From Balanoglossus misakiensis (lineage: Eukaryota > Animalia > Hemichordata), in assembly GCA_040954595.2 (NCBI GenBank), contig JBECUI020000067.1, positions 1 through 36,170 of the forward strand: a stretch of DNA of 36,170 nucleotides, given 5' to 3'. Positions 1-9,563 of this stretch are shown one piece after another. How positions within the stretch are numbered: position 1 is the first letter of the stretch; every line of letters starts with the position of its first letter. A program made the position numbers and the translations under genes. The notes beneath the pieces are model-generated. The model was not told the DNA's origin and did no database searches. It saw only the letters and a list, made by a program, of their open reading frames with translations.

Positions 1-2
1 GT

Positions 3-2072
3 GACGTTCCAGTTGCTCACATAGAATTTCCTGAAGTTGTTTTAATTGACGAAGAATTTGTATTAGACGGTACGCGTTCCTTTTCTCCGAAGTCTCATCC
101 CTTGTCCTATTATTGGCAGGTAGACCCTTCTGACGGGGTAAGCATGGACATGACGGTTCCTTCACGTCCCAAGGTAAAGATAGGGGTCGCTGGGCAGTAT
201 CAGTTCAATCTCTCGGTACAAAACGATACTCAAATGAGCAAAGAAGTTTCGGTAGGTGTCAAAGTAAATAATCAACCTATTGCTCGTATTGGGAATGACC
301 AAGAGGTAGTAATAAATACGATTGTAATACTAGATGCCTCCGAAAGCAGCGATGCCGACGGAGATAAGCTAGAGTACTACTGGCATATCTACTCGACATA
401 TGGCATGCAAATATTGGAGCAGTCGACGGGCAGTCCTTTCGTTCAGTTCCTCGTCAAATCGTCAGGGACCTACACTGCCGCATTGAGAGTATATGATGGT
501 CATGTCAGTAGTGAAGTGGATATGCTTGCGATAACCGTACATTCTGTTCCGATTGCTCAAATTTCAGGCAATACTATTGTTTCAACTGGGGCATCGACCA
601 TTATTGATGGGAGAAAAAGTTATGATGTCGAGAAAGAGGAGTTATCTTTTCGATGGAGCATTGATCCGCCAAAACGTCTACAAGTTTCCAATTGGAACGA
701 TGAAATATTGTTGATTGAGCAGGCCTCTCATTCCGGCGAATATACAATTGAACTTATTGTGCATAACGGAGAGGCTTTTAGTGTTCCGGTAAGGAGCAAG
801 TTAATTGTTCAGGATGTTTTGTTTGTTGATGAAGATGCCATGGGGAAAAATACAGGGACTTCCTGGTTCGATGCCTATACGAATCTGCAATCAGCATTGG
901 AAGAGGTGGAAAGTGGGTATGAAATATGGGTAGCTGAGGGCACATATTTTCCGCATAGGTCGAAATATAGCGATGAAGCACAAAAAGAACATTTTATTAT
1001 TCCATCAGGGATTCGGCTATATGGGGGATTTTCCGGCACAGAAGTTTCGCTCTCTTCCCGCTCATTATACAATAAGGAAAGCATTCTCAGTGGTAATTTC
1101 AATGAAAACAATATATTGGAAGACAACTCCTACAGAGTTCTCCAACATATAGGGGGAGATGAGAAAAGCATCATAGACGGATTTATTATAGAAGGCGGGT
1201 ATGGAAAGAATATTGCGAATTTTGGCTCCGGGCTCTACAGTTCCGGTGGAGATATACAAATAGCGAACACTACGTTTCGGAACAATCATGCAGAAGTAGG
1301 TGGGGGAATATATCATGAGAATGGCACGTTGGAGCTTATCAACTGTCGATTAATACAAAATTACGGGGTAGTTGGTGCTGGTCTTTATTCCTTATCTGGT
1401 ACGGTAGCAGTGTATAATAGTGAGTTTGTGGGAAACAACGGCGTATCAGGTGCTGCCATCTTTGCACAGGATAGCTCATTATCTCTCACGAACAGTGCTA
1501 TTGTATCAAACCGTGCACGGGAAGTGCCGGGCATTATGGGCATAAGCAGCATCATCCGTATTGTTAATGCAACAATTGTCAGCAATGAAGCCAATAACAG
1601 CACGTACAACCGGGGCAATGGTTTATTTGCCAACAATCAGAGCATTATCCACCTGTACAACAGCATTGTATATAACAACCGTAATCATAACCAGATATAT
1701 TCGCAGAGCACAAACATCCATGCCAGTGATTCTCTCATAATCAGTGCCTATTCAATTATTGAGGGGGCAGATTTAACAATGACAAAAAGTGGTATTGCCG
1801 GACAGATGATACAGGACGTTGACCCACAATTTCGGACTAATCCCAATGCATTAGGGAAAAGCCTAGAAGAAATTCGGGGAGACATTCGGCTCTTGCCTTC
1901 AAGCGCTGCTATTAATGCTGGCAGTATGCACTATCTTACGCCCGATCTGCCGGACTTGGACAATGACAAGGATAGCACCGAACCCATATCGGTTGATCTG
2001 ATGGGAAACAATCGGGTGTATCCCATGGGAGCGGTAGACATTGGTGCGCATGAGTTTATATTCTCGCAGTAG
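3..2072 (+). CDS. Surface/secreted protein with PKD-like Ig repeats and a C-terminal right-handed beta-helix (choice-of-anchor Q-like end); 5'-partial
   Basis: The frame is open from position 3 (DVPVAHIEFPEVVLIDEEFVLDGTRS...), so the start lies upstream. It has three PxA.I...(L/I)D(G/A)..S...L.(Y/F).W repeats, then FVDEDAMG..G.SW.DAY..LQ.AL, IWVAEGTY, N...GGG repeats and a terminal DLMGNNR...VDIGAHEF. Confidence 0.8.
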   Translation, partial: DVPVAHIEFPEVVLIDEEFVLDGTRSFSPKSHPLSYYWQVDPSDGVSMDMTVPSRPKVKIGVAGQYQFNLSVQNDTQMSKEVSVGVKVNNQPIARIGNDQEVVINTIVILDASESSDADGDKLEYYWHIYSTYGMQILEQSTGSPFVQFLVKSSGTYTAALRVYDGHVSSEVDMLAITVHSVPIAQISGNTIVSTGASTIIDGRKSYDVEKEELSFRWSIDPPKRLQVSNWNDEILLIEQASHSGEYTIELIVHNGEAFSVPVRSKLIVQDVLFVDEDAMGKNTGTSWFDAYTNLQSALEEVESGYEIWVAEGTYFPHRSKYSDEAQKEHFIIPSGIRLYGGFSGTEVSLSSRSLYNKESILSGNFNENNILEDNSYRVLQHIGGDEKSIIDGFIIEGGYGKNIANFGSGLYSSGGDIQIANTTFRNNHAEVGGGIYHENGTLELINCRLIQNYGVVGAGLYSLSGTVAVYNSEFVGNNGVSGAAIFAQDSSLSLTNSAIVSNRAREVPGIMGISSIIRIVNATIVSNEANNSTYNRGNGLFANNQSIIHLYNSIVYNNRNHNQIYSQSTNIHASDSLIISAYSIIEGADLTMTKSGIAGQMIQDVDPQFRTNPNALGKSLEEIRGDIRLLPSSAAINAGSMHYLTPDLPDLDNDKDSTEPISVDLMGNNRVYPMGAVDIGAHEFIFSQ

Positions 2073-2081
2073 TTTTTTATA

Positions 2082-2109
2082 TTGACATCTGCTATACTGA
2101 TTATATTGT
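2082..2109 (+). promoter_or_regulatory. Putative sigma70 promoter for the oxidoreductase
   Basis: TTGACA (2082-2087), 16-nt spacer, TATTGT (2104-2109); GGAGG RBS at 2119-2123. Confidence 0.45.
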
Positions 2110-2128
2110 AAAATAATTGGAGGCAACC

Positions 2129-3139
2129 ATGAATCAGTACAAGACTGTCAAATGGGGTGTGCTTGGTGTATCCGGGCATTTTGTCAAACGCATGCGCATC
2201 CCGTGGCAACGAGCAGAACACTCCGAACTCTATGCCATTGCATCAAGAGATGAAGTGCGGGCCCGGGATACTGCAAAACAATTTCGGATTAATCGTGCTT
2301 ATGGAAGTTATGAAGCATTATTAGCAGATAAAGATGTAGAAGCTGTATATATTCCCTTACCCAATCATCTTCATTTAGAGTGGATAAAGAAAGCAGCCGA
2401 TGCCGGCAAACATATCTTATGCGAGAAGCCGCTTTGTCTTAACGCAGAAGAAACGCGTGCTGCTGTTCAATACTGTGCTGAGCGGGAAGTACTGCTGATG
2501 GAAGCATTTATGTATAAATTCCATCCGCGGTGGCAGTATGTTCGAGAACTACTACGAGCTCGTGAAATCGGTGACATAACCGCAATTCAAACAAATTTCT
2601 TTTTCTATAATGATGATGATGAGAACGTGCGAAACAAGTATCGAGATGGCGGTGGAGCCCTGTATGATATTGGTTGTTATGGTATATCTACGGCACGATT
2701 TATTCTCAATGCCGAACCAAAACGGGTCATATCACTGATAAACCGACAAGCCTCATCAGGTGTAGATACCATCTGTTCTGCATGCCTGGATTTTGGTATG
2801 GTACAGGCGGTTTTTACGGTCGGAACCCGTACCTTTTCAAGGCAACAAGTACAAATATTTGGAACGGAGGGGCATATATTTATTGACACGCCATTTAATG
2901 CATACAATGATCGCATGCTGAATCTTTCTATATCCACCGATCTTGGTGTCAGGATTGTTCCCTTTGCTGCTTCTGATCAGTATTTATTAGAGTTGGAATC
3001 CTTTTCTCAGGCGATTCTTTCCGACGTCTCGGCACCAATATCGGGACAGGATGCCATACGGAATATGGCGGTTATTGATGCATTATTTGTAGCTGAACGG
3101 GAAGAAAAATGGGTTTCAGTTACCAACTATGATGAATAG
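2129..3139 (+). CDS. Gfo/Idh/MocA family NAD(P)-dependent oxidoreductase
   Basis: WGVLG, AVYIPLPNHLH, GKHILCEKP, GGGALYDIGCY. The ATG at 2129 follows GGAGG. Confidence 0.9.
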   Translation: MNQYKTVKWGVLGVSGHFVKRMRIPWQRAEHSELYAIASRDEVRARDTAKQFRINRAYGSYEALLADKDVEAVYIPLPNHLHLEWIKKAADAGKHILCEKPLCLNAEETRAAVQYCAEREVLLMEAFMYKFHPRWQYVRELLRAREIGDITAIQTNFFFYNDDDENVRNKYRDGGGALYDIGCYGISTARFILNAEPKRVISLINRQASSGVDTICSACLDFGMVQAVFTVGTRTFSRQQVQIFGTEGHIFIDTPFNAYNDRMLNLSISTDLGVRIVPFAASDQYLLELESFSQAILSDVSAPISGQDAIRNMAVIDALFVAEREEKWVSVTNYDE

Positions 3140-3141
3140 TC

Positions 3142-3170
3142 TTGAATAGACATATGGAATATGTTACACT
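3142..3170 (+). promoter_or_regulatory. Putative sigma70 promoter (extended -10) for the ABC ATPase-iolE unit
   Basis: TTGAAT, 17 nt, TGt-TACACT. Confidence 0.5.
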
Positions 3171-3208
3171 ATGAGTTAGATATCATAGATTAAAATAAGG
3201 AACTATGT

Positions 3209-4729
3209 ATGACTGATTATATACTTGAAGTTTCAAATGTGTCAAAAAAGTATCCGGGTGTGCAGGCACTACAATCTGTACAGCTACGGGTAAAGAAGGG
3301 AACCGTGCATGCGGTAATGGGAGAAAACGGTGCAGGAAAATCAACACTGATGAAGATTTTGATTGGTATTGAGACTCCGGATGAAGGAAAGATCGTTTTT
3401 GATGGTAATGAAGTGTCATTTGAAAATACGCACGAAGCACTTACTACCGGACTATCTATGATACACCAGGAGCTCAGTCCCGTTCCGTATATGACTGTAG
3501 CTGAGAACATATTTCTCGGAAAAGAACTAACCAACTATCATCTTTTTGTTGATGATAACACTATGCACAAAGAAACTCGTCGATTACTGGATGATCTGGA
3601 CATTCAGATTGATCCGAGAAAGAAATTAGTAGAATTGAGCGTTGCACAAATGCAAATGATCGAAATTGCCAAAGCCATTTCCTATCGCTCGAAACTAATT
3701 ATTATGGATGAGCCGACCAGTGCATTAATGGAAAAGGAGGTTGCACATCTATTCAGGATTATTCATCAGTTAAGAAGTGATGGGGTATCCATTATTTTTA
3801 TTACCCATAAGATGGATGAGGTATACAAGGTTGCGGATGAGATTTCAGTTTACCGCGATGGTCAGTATATTGCTACGGACCAAGCGAAAAACGTTTCTCG
3901 TGAGGACCTTATACAGATGATGGTGGGAAGGGAAGTCAAGCAACTATTTCCCAAAGAAGATGCCGAGATTGGGGAGATATCTTTATCTGTCCGCGGTCTA
4001 ACACGATATGGGGTTTTTAATGATGTCAGTTTTGACATTCGGAAGGGAGAGATCCTAGGTTTTGCAGGATTAGTTGGATCCGGGAGGACTGAGGTACTGG
4101 AATGCGTTTTTGGTGTTACCCCGAAAGACGAGGGCGAGATATTCATTTACAACGAGCCTGTTACCATACATAATCCGCGTGATTCCCTCAAGCACGGCAT
4201 GGCATTCCTGACGGAGGATAGAAAAACAAGCGGTTTATATCTCGTACTTCAAGTCTTGGATAACATTGTTATTGCAAATATTAATGAATATCGTCACCTG
4301 GGATTGCTGAACAAAAAAGAGATGGAAGTGGCGAGTCAGAATCTCACCAAGAAACTCAATATTAAGACACCAAATTTGCAGCAACTTGTTATGAATCTGA
4401 GTGGCGGGAATCAACAGAAGGTACTTATTGCCCGCTGGCTGTTAACTGACCCTGATATTCTTATTTTAGACGAACCTACCCGTGGTATCGACGTTGGTTC
4501 CAAAGCAGAAATTCATAAAATTATTACCGGGCTAGCACAAATGGGAAAGAGTATCGTTATGATTTCTTCGGAACTTCCTGAAATTCTTGGAATGTCAGAC
4601 AGAATACTTGTTATGCACGAAGGCGAGAAGTCAGGGGAACTAACTCGCGAAGAAGCAACTCAAGAAAAGATATTACATCTTGCAACGGGTGCAGGAATGG
4701 ATACCTTTGACGAAAGTTTGTACACATAG
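3209..4729 (+). CDS. Sugar (CUT2 family, RbsA/MglA/IatA-like) ABC transporter ATP-binding protein
   Basis: [16 protein letters not shown], second NBD with LSGGNQQKV and LDEPTRGID; 506 aa. Confidence 0.95.
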   Translation: MTDYILEVSNVSKKYPGVQALQSVQLRVKKGTVHAVMGENGAGKSTLMKILIGIETPDEGKIVFDGNEVSFENTHEALTTGLSMIHQELSPVPYMTVAENIFLGKELTNYHLFVDDNTMHKETRRLLDDLDIQIDPRKKLVELSVAQMQMIEIAKAISYRSKLIIMDEPTSALMEKEVAHLFRIIHQLRSDGVSIIFITHKMDEVYKVADEISVYRDGQYIATDQAKNVSREDLIQMMVGREVKQLFPKEDAEIGEISLSVRGLTRYGVFNDVSFDIRKGEILGFAGLVGSGRTEVLECVFGVTPKDEGEIFIYNEPVTIHNPRDSLKHGMAFLTEDRKTSGLYLVLQVLDNIVIANINEYRHLGLLNKKEMEVASQNLTKKLNIKTPNLQQLVMNLSGGNQQKVLIARWLLTDPDILILDEPTRGIDVGSKAEIHKIITGLAQMGKSIVMISSELPEILGMSDRILVMHEGEKSGELTREEATQEKILHLATGAGMDTFDESLYT

Positions 4730-4751
4730 TTTCAAGAGGGAAGGAGAAGAG

Positions 4752-5654
4752 ATGTTGAACTCTGATATGGTAAAGGTTGGGGTAGCCCCTATTAATTGGA
4801 CCAATGACGATATGCCTGATCTTGGCGGAGAGATATCGTTGGAGCAATGTCTGGATGAGATGCAAGAGGCTGGATATGAGGGTTGTGAAGTCGGAGTGAA
4901 GTTTCCTACCGATGCGGCAATTCTTTTGCCTATGTTGGAGAAACGAAGTCTGCAAGTTTGCAATCAATGGGCAAACTACCGGTTTACTACCGAGCCCTTT
5001 GAGAAGGTGGAACTGGAGTTCATTCGATTGCTGGCTTTCTTGAAAGCGGTGGGTGCCAAGGTAGTCGGTGGCGGAGAAGTCGGTACGAGTATCCAAGGTC
5101 GGGAAGACACTGCCTTATACCGAGATAAACCCCAAAACAGTCTGGAGCAGTGGAAGTTACTCTGTACCGGCTTGAACAAACTGGGCAAACGTGCCAAACA
5201 GGAGTACGGTATCACCCTTTGTTTTCATCACCATATGGGCACTTGTGTACAGACTATTGCAGAAACTGAAATTCTACTCAATGAAACCGATCCGGCATAC
5301 GTTTCGCTAAATTATGATTGCGGACATTTTTATGCATCAGAGGAAGATCCCATTGATGCACTAAAAAGGTTTATCTCTCGTGTTGGGCATATCCACCTCA
5401 AGGATGTACGGGGGAAGGTTATGAAAGAGATACAGACCGAAGAGTTGAGTTTTCTGGAAGGCATACGGCGTGGCTTCTTTACAATTCTCGGTGATGGGTC
5501 TATGGGGCGATACGATGAGTTCTTTGCGGTACTTGAACAAAACCGATACCAGGGCTGGCTTGTTGTCGAGGCAGAACAGGATCCGAAAAAGGCACCTCCC
5601 TTAGAGTATGCCCGGAAGGCCCGGCAGTTCGTGAAAGAGTATACCGGTCTGTAA
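4752..5654 (+). CDS. iolE: myo-inosose-2 dehydratase
   Basis: GVAPINWTNDDMPDLGG, FHHHMGT, HIHLKD, GWLVVEAEQDP. The ATG at 4752 follows AAGGAG. Confidence 0.92.
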   Translation: MLNSDMVKVGVAPINWTNDDMPDLGGEISLEQCLDEMQEAGYEGCEVGVKFPTDAAILLPMLEKRSLQVCNQWANYRFTTEPFEKVELEFIRLLAFLKAVGAKVVGGGEVGTSIQGREDTALYRDKPQNSLEQWKLLCTGLNKLGKRAKQEYGITLCFHHHMGTCVQTIAETEILLNETDPAYVSLNYDCGHFYASEEDPIDALKRFISRVGHIHLKDVRGKVMKEIQTEELSFLEGIRRGFFTILGDGSMGRYDEFFAVLEQNRYQGWLVVEAEQDPKKAPPLEYARKARQFVKEYTGL

Positions 5655-5756
5655 AGATCATCCCAGTTTATCTTGGCAGCATTATCGAACACCAATAATT
5701 TTTGTTGGTAGGAGATACTTTTTTTTCTTCGTCTCATATAGTATGATATCAATATA

Positions 5757-6026
5757 ATGAAGGTAGCAATAACAACAATTGGGCAAGATAGACCTGGCAT
5801 TATTGCACGTATCAGTACGGTACTTGCACAACATAATGCCAATATACTTGATATAACGCAGACTATTATGCAAGATGTCTTTACCATGACCATGTTAGTG
5901 GAAACTGAAGATATAAATTGTCCCTTTGCGGATTTTCGAGAAGAGGTGCAACAAGCGGGCAAAGACCTTGGTATGATTATTAACATATACCATGAAGATG
6001 TATTTCGCAGTATGCACCGGGTATAA
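5757..6026 (+). CDS. ACT domain protein (UPF0237)
   Basis: ITTIGQDRPGIIA...NILDITQTIM...FTMTM...F.SMHR; usual partner of UPF0210. Confidence 0.9.
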   Translation: MKVAITTIGQDRPGIIARISTVLAQHNANILDITQTIMQDVFTMTMLVETEDINCPFADFREEVQQAGKDLGMIINIYHEDVFRSMHRV

Positions 6027-6032
6027 ACAAGA

Positions 6033-7385
6033 ATGATTTCCCATTTTGAAATTAAAGAGACCCTTCGTATGTTTCAAGAGCAACATTTGGACATACGTAC
6101 CATCACGATGGGCATATCTTTGATGTCATGTGCCGATAGCAGCGCAAAACGTGCCTGTAGTCGCATATACGATAAGATATGTTTTCATGCAGAGAAGCTC
6201 GTACGCGTGCGTGATGACATCAGTACCCTTTATGGTATTCCTATCGTACATACGCGGGTATCGGTTAGTCCTATTTCTGAGATCGCTGCTGCAAGCGGAG
6301 AAGAGAACTATGTCGAATATGCCAAGGCATTAGATGCGGCTGCTGCAACGGTTGGGGTTGATTATATTGGGGGCTTTGGAGCACTGGTACATAAGGGGCA
6401 AACCAAATCGGATATGGTTCTTCTTGAATCCATACCGGCGGCATTAACCGAATGTCAGCGGGTCTGTTCCTTCGTGAATCTTGCTTCAACTCGTGCCGGC
6501 ATCAACATGGATGCGGTCCGCCAAGTTGCCGAAATTATTAAACGAACTGCAAGTGCCAGTCAATACGGCATGGCTTGTGCTAAACTTGTTGCCTTTGCCA
6601 ATGTCCCGGAAGACAACCCCTTTATGGCTGGTGCATTCCACGGGAGTGGTGAAGCGGAAGTTGTTGTTCATGTTGGGGTCAGTGGTCCAGGTGCTATTCA
6701 TGCTGCCATGTGCGAGTGTTCCGGTGCCTCCTTTGAGGTATTAGCGGAAAGCATTAAGCGTACGGCATTCAAAATTAGTAGAATAGGGCAGCTGGTTGTT
6801 ACGGAGGCAGCAAAACGCATGGGCGTTGATATGGGTATCCTTGACTTGTCCCTCGCACCCTCTCCTGTCATAGGGGACAGCATCGCCCATATTATTGAAG
6901 AGATGGGCATTGAACGTTGCGGAGCACCGGGTTCAACAGCAGCTCTTGCATTACTGAATGATGCAATCAAAAAAGGTGGTATGATGGCAAGTACCCATGT
7001 CGGCGGATTGTCCGGTTCCTTTCTGCCGGTATCTGAAGATGTCGGCATGGCTCAGGCAGTACGCGATGGAAGCATAAGCATAGAAAAGTTGGAAGCGATG
7101 ACTGCGGTATGTTCGGTTGGACTTGATATGGTTGTTATTCCCGGCGATACCGAATGTGAAACAATCGCAGCAATTATTGCCGATGAAATGGCAATAGGTG
7201 TAGTAAATAACAAAACTACTGCTGCCCGGCTGATACCTGCTACAGGGAAACAAGTTGGTGATCATCTTTCCTTCGGAGGATTGCTCGGTGAATGCCCGGT
7301 TATTTCGGTTTCCCCCTTTAGCAGTGCTTCATTCATACACCGTGGAGGAAGAATTCCCCCACCGGCAATCAGTTTGCGTAATTAG
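6033..7385 (+). CDS. UPF0210 / DUF711 (PFL-like) protein
   Basis: [60 protein letters not shown]. Confidence 0.92.
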   Translation: MISHFEIKETLRMFQEQHLDIRTITMGISLMSCADSSAKRACSRIYDKICFHAEKLVRVRDDISTLYGIPIVHTRVSVSPISEIAAASGEENYVEYAKALDAAAATVGVDYIGGFGALVHKGQTKSDMVLLESIPAALTECQRVCSFVNLASTRAGINMDAVRQVAEIIKRTASASQYGMACAKLVAFANVPEDNPFMAGAFHGSGEAEVVVHVGVSGPGAIHAAMCECSGASFEVLAESIKRTAFKISRIGQLVVTEAAKRMGVDMGILDLSLAPSPVIGDSIAHIIEEMGIERCGAPGSTAALALLNDAIKKGGMMASTHVGGLSGSFLPVSEDVGMAQAVRDGSISIEKLEAMTAVCSVGLDMVVIPGDTECETIAAIIADEMAIGVVNNKTTAARLIPATGKQVGDHLSFGGLLGECPVISVSPFSSASFIHRGGRIPPPAISLRN

Positions 7386-7429
7386 TAGACAAAATAGACT
7401 ATTTCCTATAGACTAACTCGTAATATATC

Positions 7430-7930
7430 ATGAACAACAATCAGACAGATGGAACAAGAGATATTTCTCTTACATCAACACAGCAGGAATATCTCACAGC
7501 GGTTTATTTTATAGAACGAAAGCACGGGGGATCCCGAACAAGTCAGATCGCGAAGTATCTTGGGGTAAGCAATGCCGCGGTGAGCATGGTATTGCCCGCC
7601 CTCGCGGAGAAGCAGTACATTTCTTATACTCCCTATGCCATTATTAAGTTGACGAAGAAAGGAATTCTTTTTGCACGGAATGGCTTACATAAGCGTCGCA
7701 TGCTCTATGAATTTCTTACCGATCTGCTCGATATGGAGGAGCATGATGCCTACGATACGGCAAAGAGAATGGAGGGTGCTGTGAGCGACATATTGGAGCA
7801 ACGGTTGCTTGCCTTTATTCATTTCTATCGCACGGAAGTCTTACAGCAGGTTAATAAGAACTTTGATGCAGATTGTGCTGGCAAAAATATTTGTATTGCG
7901 TGTAAGAGGCAACTTGAAAAAATTGTTTAG
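7430..7930 (+). CDS. DtxR/MntR family metal-dependent transcriptional regulator
   Basis: EYLTAVY...RTSQIAKYLGVSNAAVS...L...YISY.PY..I.LT.KG winged HTH followed by dimerisation helices. Confidence 0.85.
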   Translation: MNNNQTDGTRDISLTSTQQEYLTAVYFIERKHGGSRTSQIAKYLGVSNAAVSMVLPALAEKQYISYTPYAIIKLTKKGILFARNGLHKRRMLYEFLTDLLDMEEHDAYDTAKRMEGAVSDILEQRLLAFIHFYRTEVLQQVNKNFDADCAGKNICIACKRQLEKIV

Positions 7931-7942
7931 TGGAGTGCAAGA

Positions 7943-8680
7943 ATGACTATTATACCTGCATTGGATGTGCTGAATCAACAATGTGTGCGTCTCTATCAAG
8001 GAAAATACGAACAAACAACTGTATATAGCCATGATCCGGTTGATGTCGTGCGCTCTTTTGAAGATGCCGGTGCTGTCAGGATTCATCTAGTTGATCTTGA
8101 TGCCGTAAAAGGAAGGAAGGAAGAAAACTGCAAGCTGCTGGAAAGAGTTTGCAAGGCGGTCTCCTGTACGGTGGAGATTGGCGGAGGGGTTCGCAGTAAG
8201 ACCGATATCGATCGCTTGATCGGCATAGGAGCCGATCGTATTGTCTTGGGTACCATTCTCGTACGAAATCCCGATCTGGTTGCCGACTGGACAGCAGATT
8301 TTGGTTCGATCTTTGTTGGCGGCATTGATGCACAAGACGATATTGTACGGATTGAGGGATGGGAGACTGGTAGTACGTACCATAGTCATGAATTAGCCAA
8401 GAAAGCGGAAGCCATTGGATGTTCCAGTATTATTTATACATCAATAGAACATGATGGTGCATCTCAGGGTCCGGCAATCGAACGTGGAGCCCGGTTGGCT
8501 GATCAAGTTGGCATACCAGTTATTCTTTCTGGGGGTATCCGGGGAATTGATGATATACGGGAAGTTGCACAGGTGCCGGGTCTTGCTGGTCTTATTGTCG
8601 GCAGGGCATTATACGAGGGACAGTTAGATCTAAAGGAAACCTGTCGTATATTTCCGCAGGATGGAGATATAAGATGGTAA
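7943..8680 (+). CDS. hisA: ProFAR isomerase
   Basis: IIPALD...CVRLYQG, IHLVDLD, GGGVR, SGGI, GRALY. Confidence 0.95.
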   Translation: MTIIPALDVLNQQCVRLYQGKYEQTTVYSHDPVDVVRSFEDAGAVRIHLVDLDAVKGRKEENCKLLERVCKAVSCTVEIGGGVRSKTDIDRLIGIGADRIVLGTILVRNPDLVADWTADFGSIFVGGIDAQDDIVRIEGWETGSTYHSHELAKKAEAIGCSSIIYTSIEHDGASQGPAIERGARLADQVGIPVILSGGIRGIDDIREVAQVPGLAGLIVGRALYEGQLDLKETCRIFPQDGDIRW

Positions 8681-9222
8681 TATACCCACTGGTTATCTTT
8701 GCAGAAGCAAGGATTCATAATGTTGTTCGTACGAATGAAAAGGGGTATAAAAAGAGTCTTGAGGAGAACTGTCTTTGGTATCTTCATCCTGAAAGCGATC
8801 GCTTACTCCCCTACAAGGTCGAACATCAGCTAGAACGCATTCTTGCAGGCAATGGCTGGTATGAGGCCCATATCATTTTATCATCTTCAGAGGATCGACA
8901 GGAAGCGAGCAAGCCTGATGTATCAACTGTTCCCGACAATGATAGTGTTTTGCAAAACAATGTTTTGGGAACGTTGGCAGATATTATTGCAAAACGACAC
9001 CGCGAGATGCCGGAGGGAAGTTATACTGCGTATCTTTTTTCTGAAGGGGGTGAAAAAATCCGTAAAAAGGTTGCAGAAGAGGCTGTTGAACTTGCTCTCG
9101 CTACTGAGAAAGCAGCCATGCAGTCGGAGGCGGCTGATCTTTTGTATCATCTCCTTGTCTTATTGGAGTTTGAAGGGGTCAACATTGATAAGGTCATTCA
9201 TGAGCTGAGAGTGCGCATGTAA
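8674..9222 (+). CDS. hisE: Phosphoribosyl-ATP pyrophosphatase with a degenerate HisI-like N-terminus
   Basis: The C-terminal half has PEGSYT.YLF..G..KIRKKV.EEA.E...E.ADLLYHL. The N-terminal half lacks the HisI cysteine motifs. Confidence 0.88.
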   Translation: MVIYPLVIFAEARIHNVVRTNEKGYKKSLEENCLWYLHPESDRLLPYKVEHQLERILAGNGWYEAHIILSSSEDRQEASKPDVSTVPDNDSVLQNNVLGTLADIIAKRHREMPEGSYTAYLFSEGGEKIRKKVAEEAVELALATEKAAMQSEAADLLYHLLVLLEFEGVNIDKVIHELRVRM

Positions 9223-9252
9223 ACAGTAAACAGGGGCGAAGATCTTCGGGTC

Positions 9253-9281
9253 TTGACAATGAATGTATAGCGGTTTATAAA
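9253..9281 (+). promoter_or_regulatory. Putative sigma70 promoter of gatCAB-aspS
   Basis: TTGACA (9253-9258), 17 nt, TATAAA (9276-9281); the gatC ATG is 6 nt downstream. Confidence 0.6.
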
Positions 9282-9287
9282 AAAGAT

Positions 9288-9554
9288 ATGGATAACCAGG
9301 AAATTCGAATTACAGCAGAACTCGCGCACCTTGTTTTAAGTGATGAAGAGATTAAGCAAAGTGCGGCTGCGGTCTCTCGATTATTAGACTATTTTAAGGT
9401 GATTGATGAGCTGGAACTATCAGAATTAGATGCTTACCGGCAAGAGAGTAAGGAACTCCGCTCTGATATTCCTCGTGATGGAGTGTCGGCAGATCTTGTC
9501 GACAATGCCGATGAGCATGAGGATGGCTTTATCCTTCTTCCCAATATTTTATAG
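9288..9554 (+). CDS. gatC: Asp/Glu-tRNA amidotransferase subunit C
   Basis: AELAHL.LS.EE...LLDYF..IDEL...LRSD...NA....DGF..LP.I; directly upstream of gatA. Confidence 0.9.
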   Translation: MDNQEIRITAELAHLVLSDEEIKQSAAAVSRLLDYFKVIDELELSELDAYRQESKELRSDIPRDGVSADLVDNADEHEDGFILLPNIL

Positions 9555-9563
9555 GAACATTGT

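Noticed and set aside
2129-3139. Calling the oxidoreductase iolG
   Set aside because: Only family-level motifs are present; the substrate cannot be assigned from proximity to iolE.
5330-5986. 218-aa minus-strand ORF and other short antisense ORFs in the track
   Set aside because: They lie opposite well-supported genes and show no recognisable motifs.
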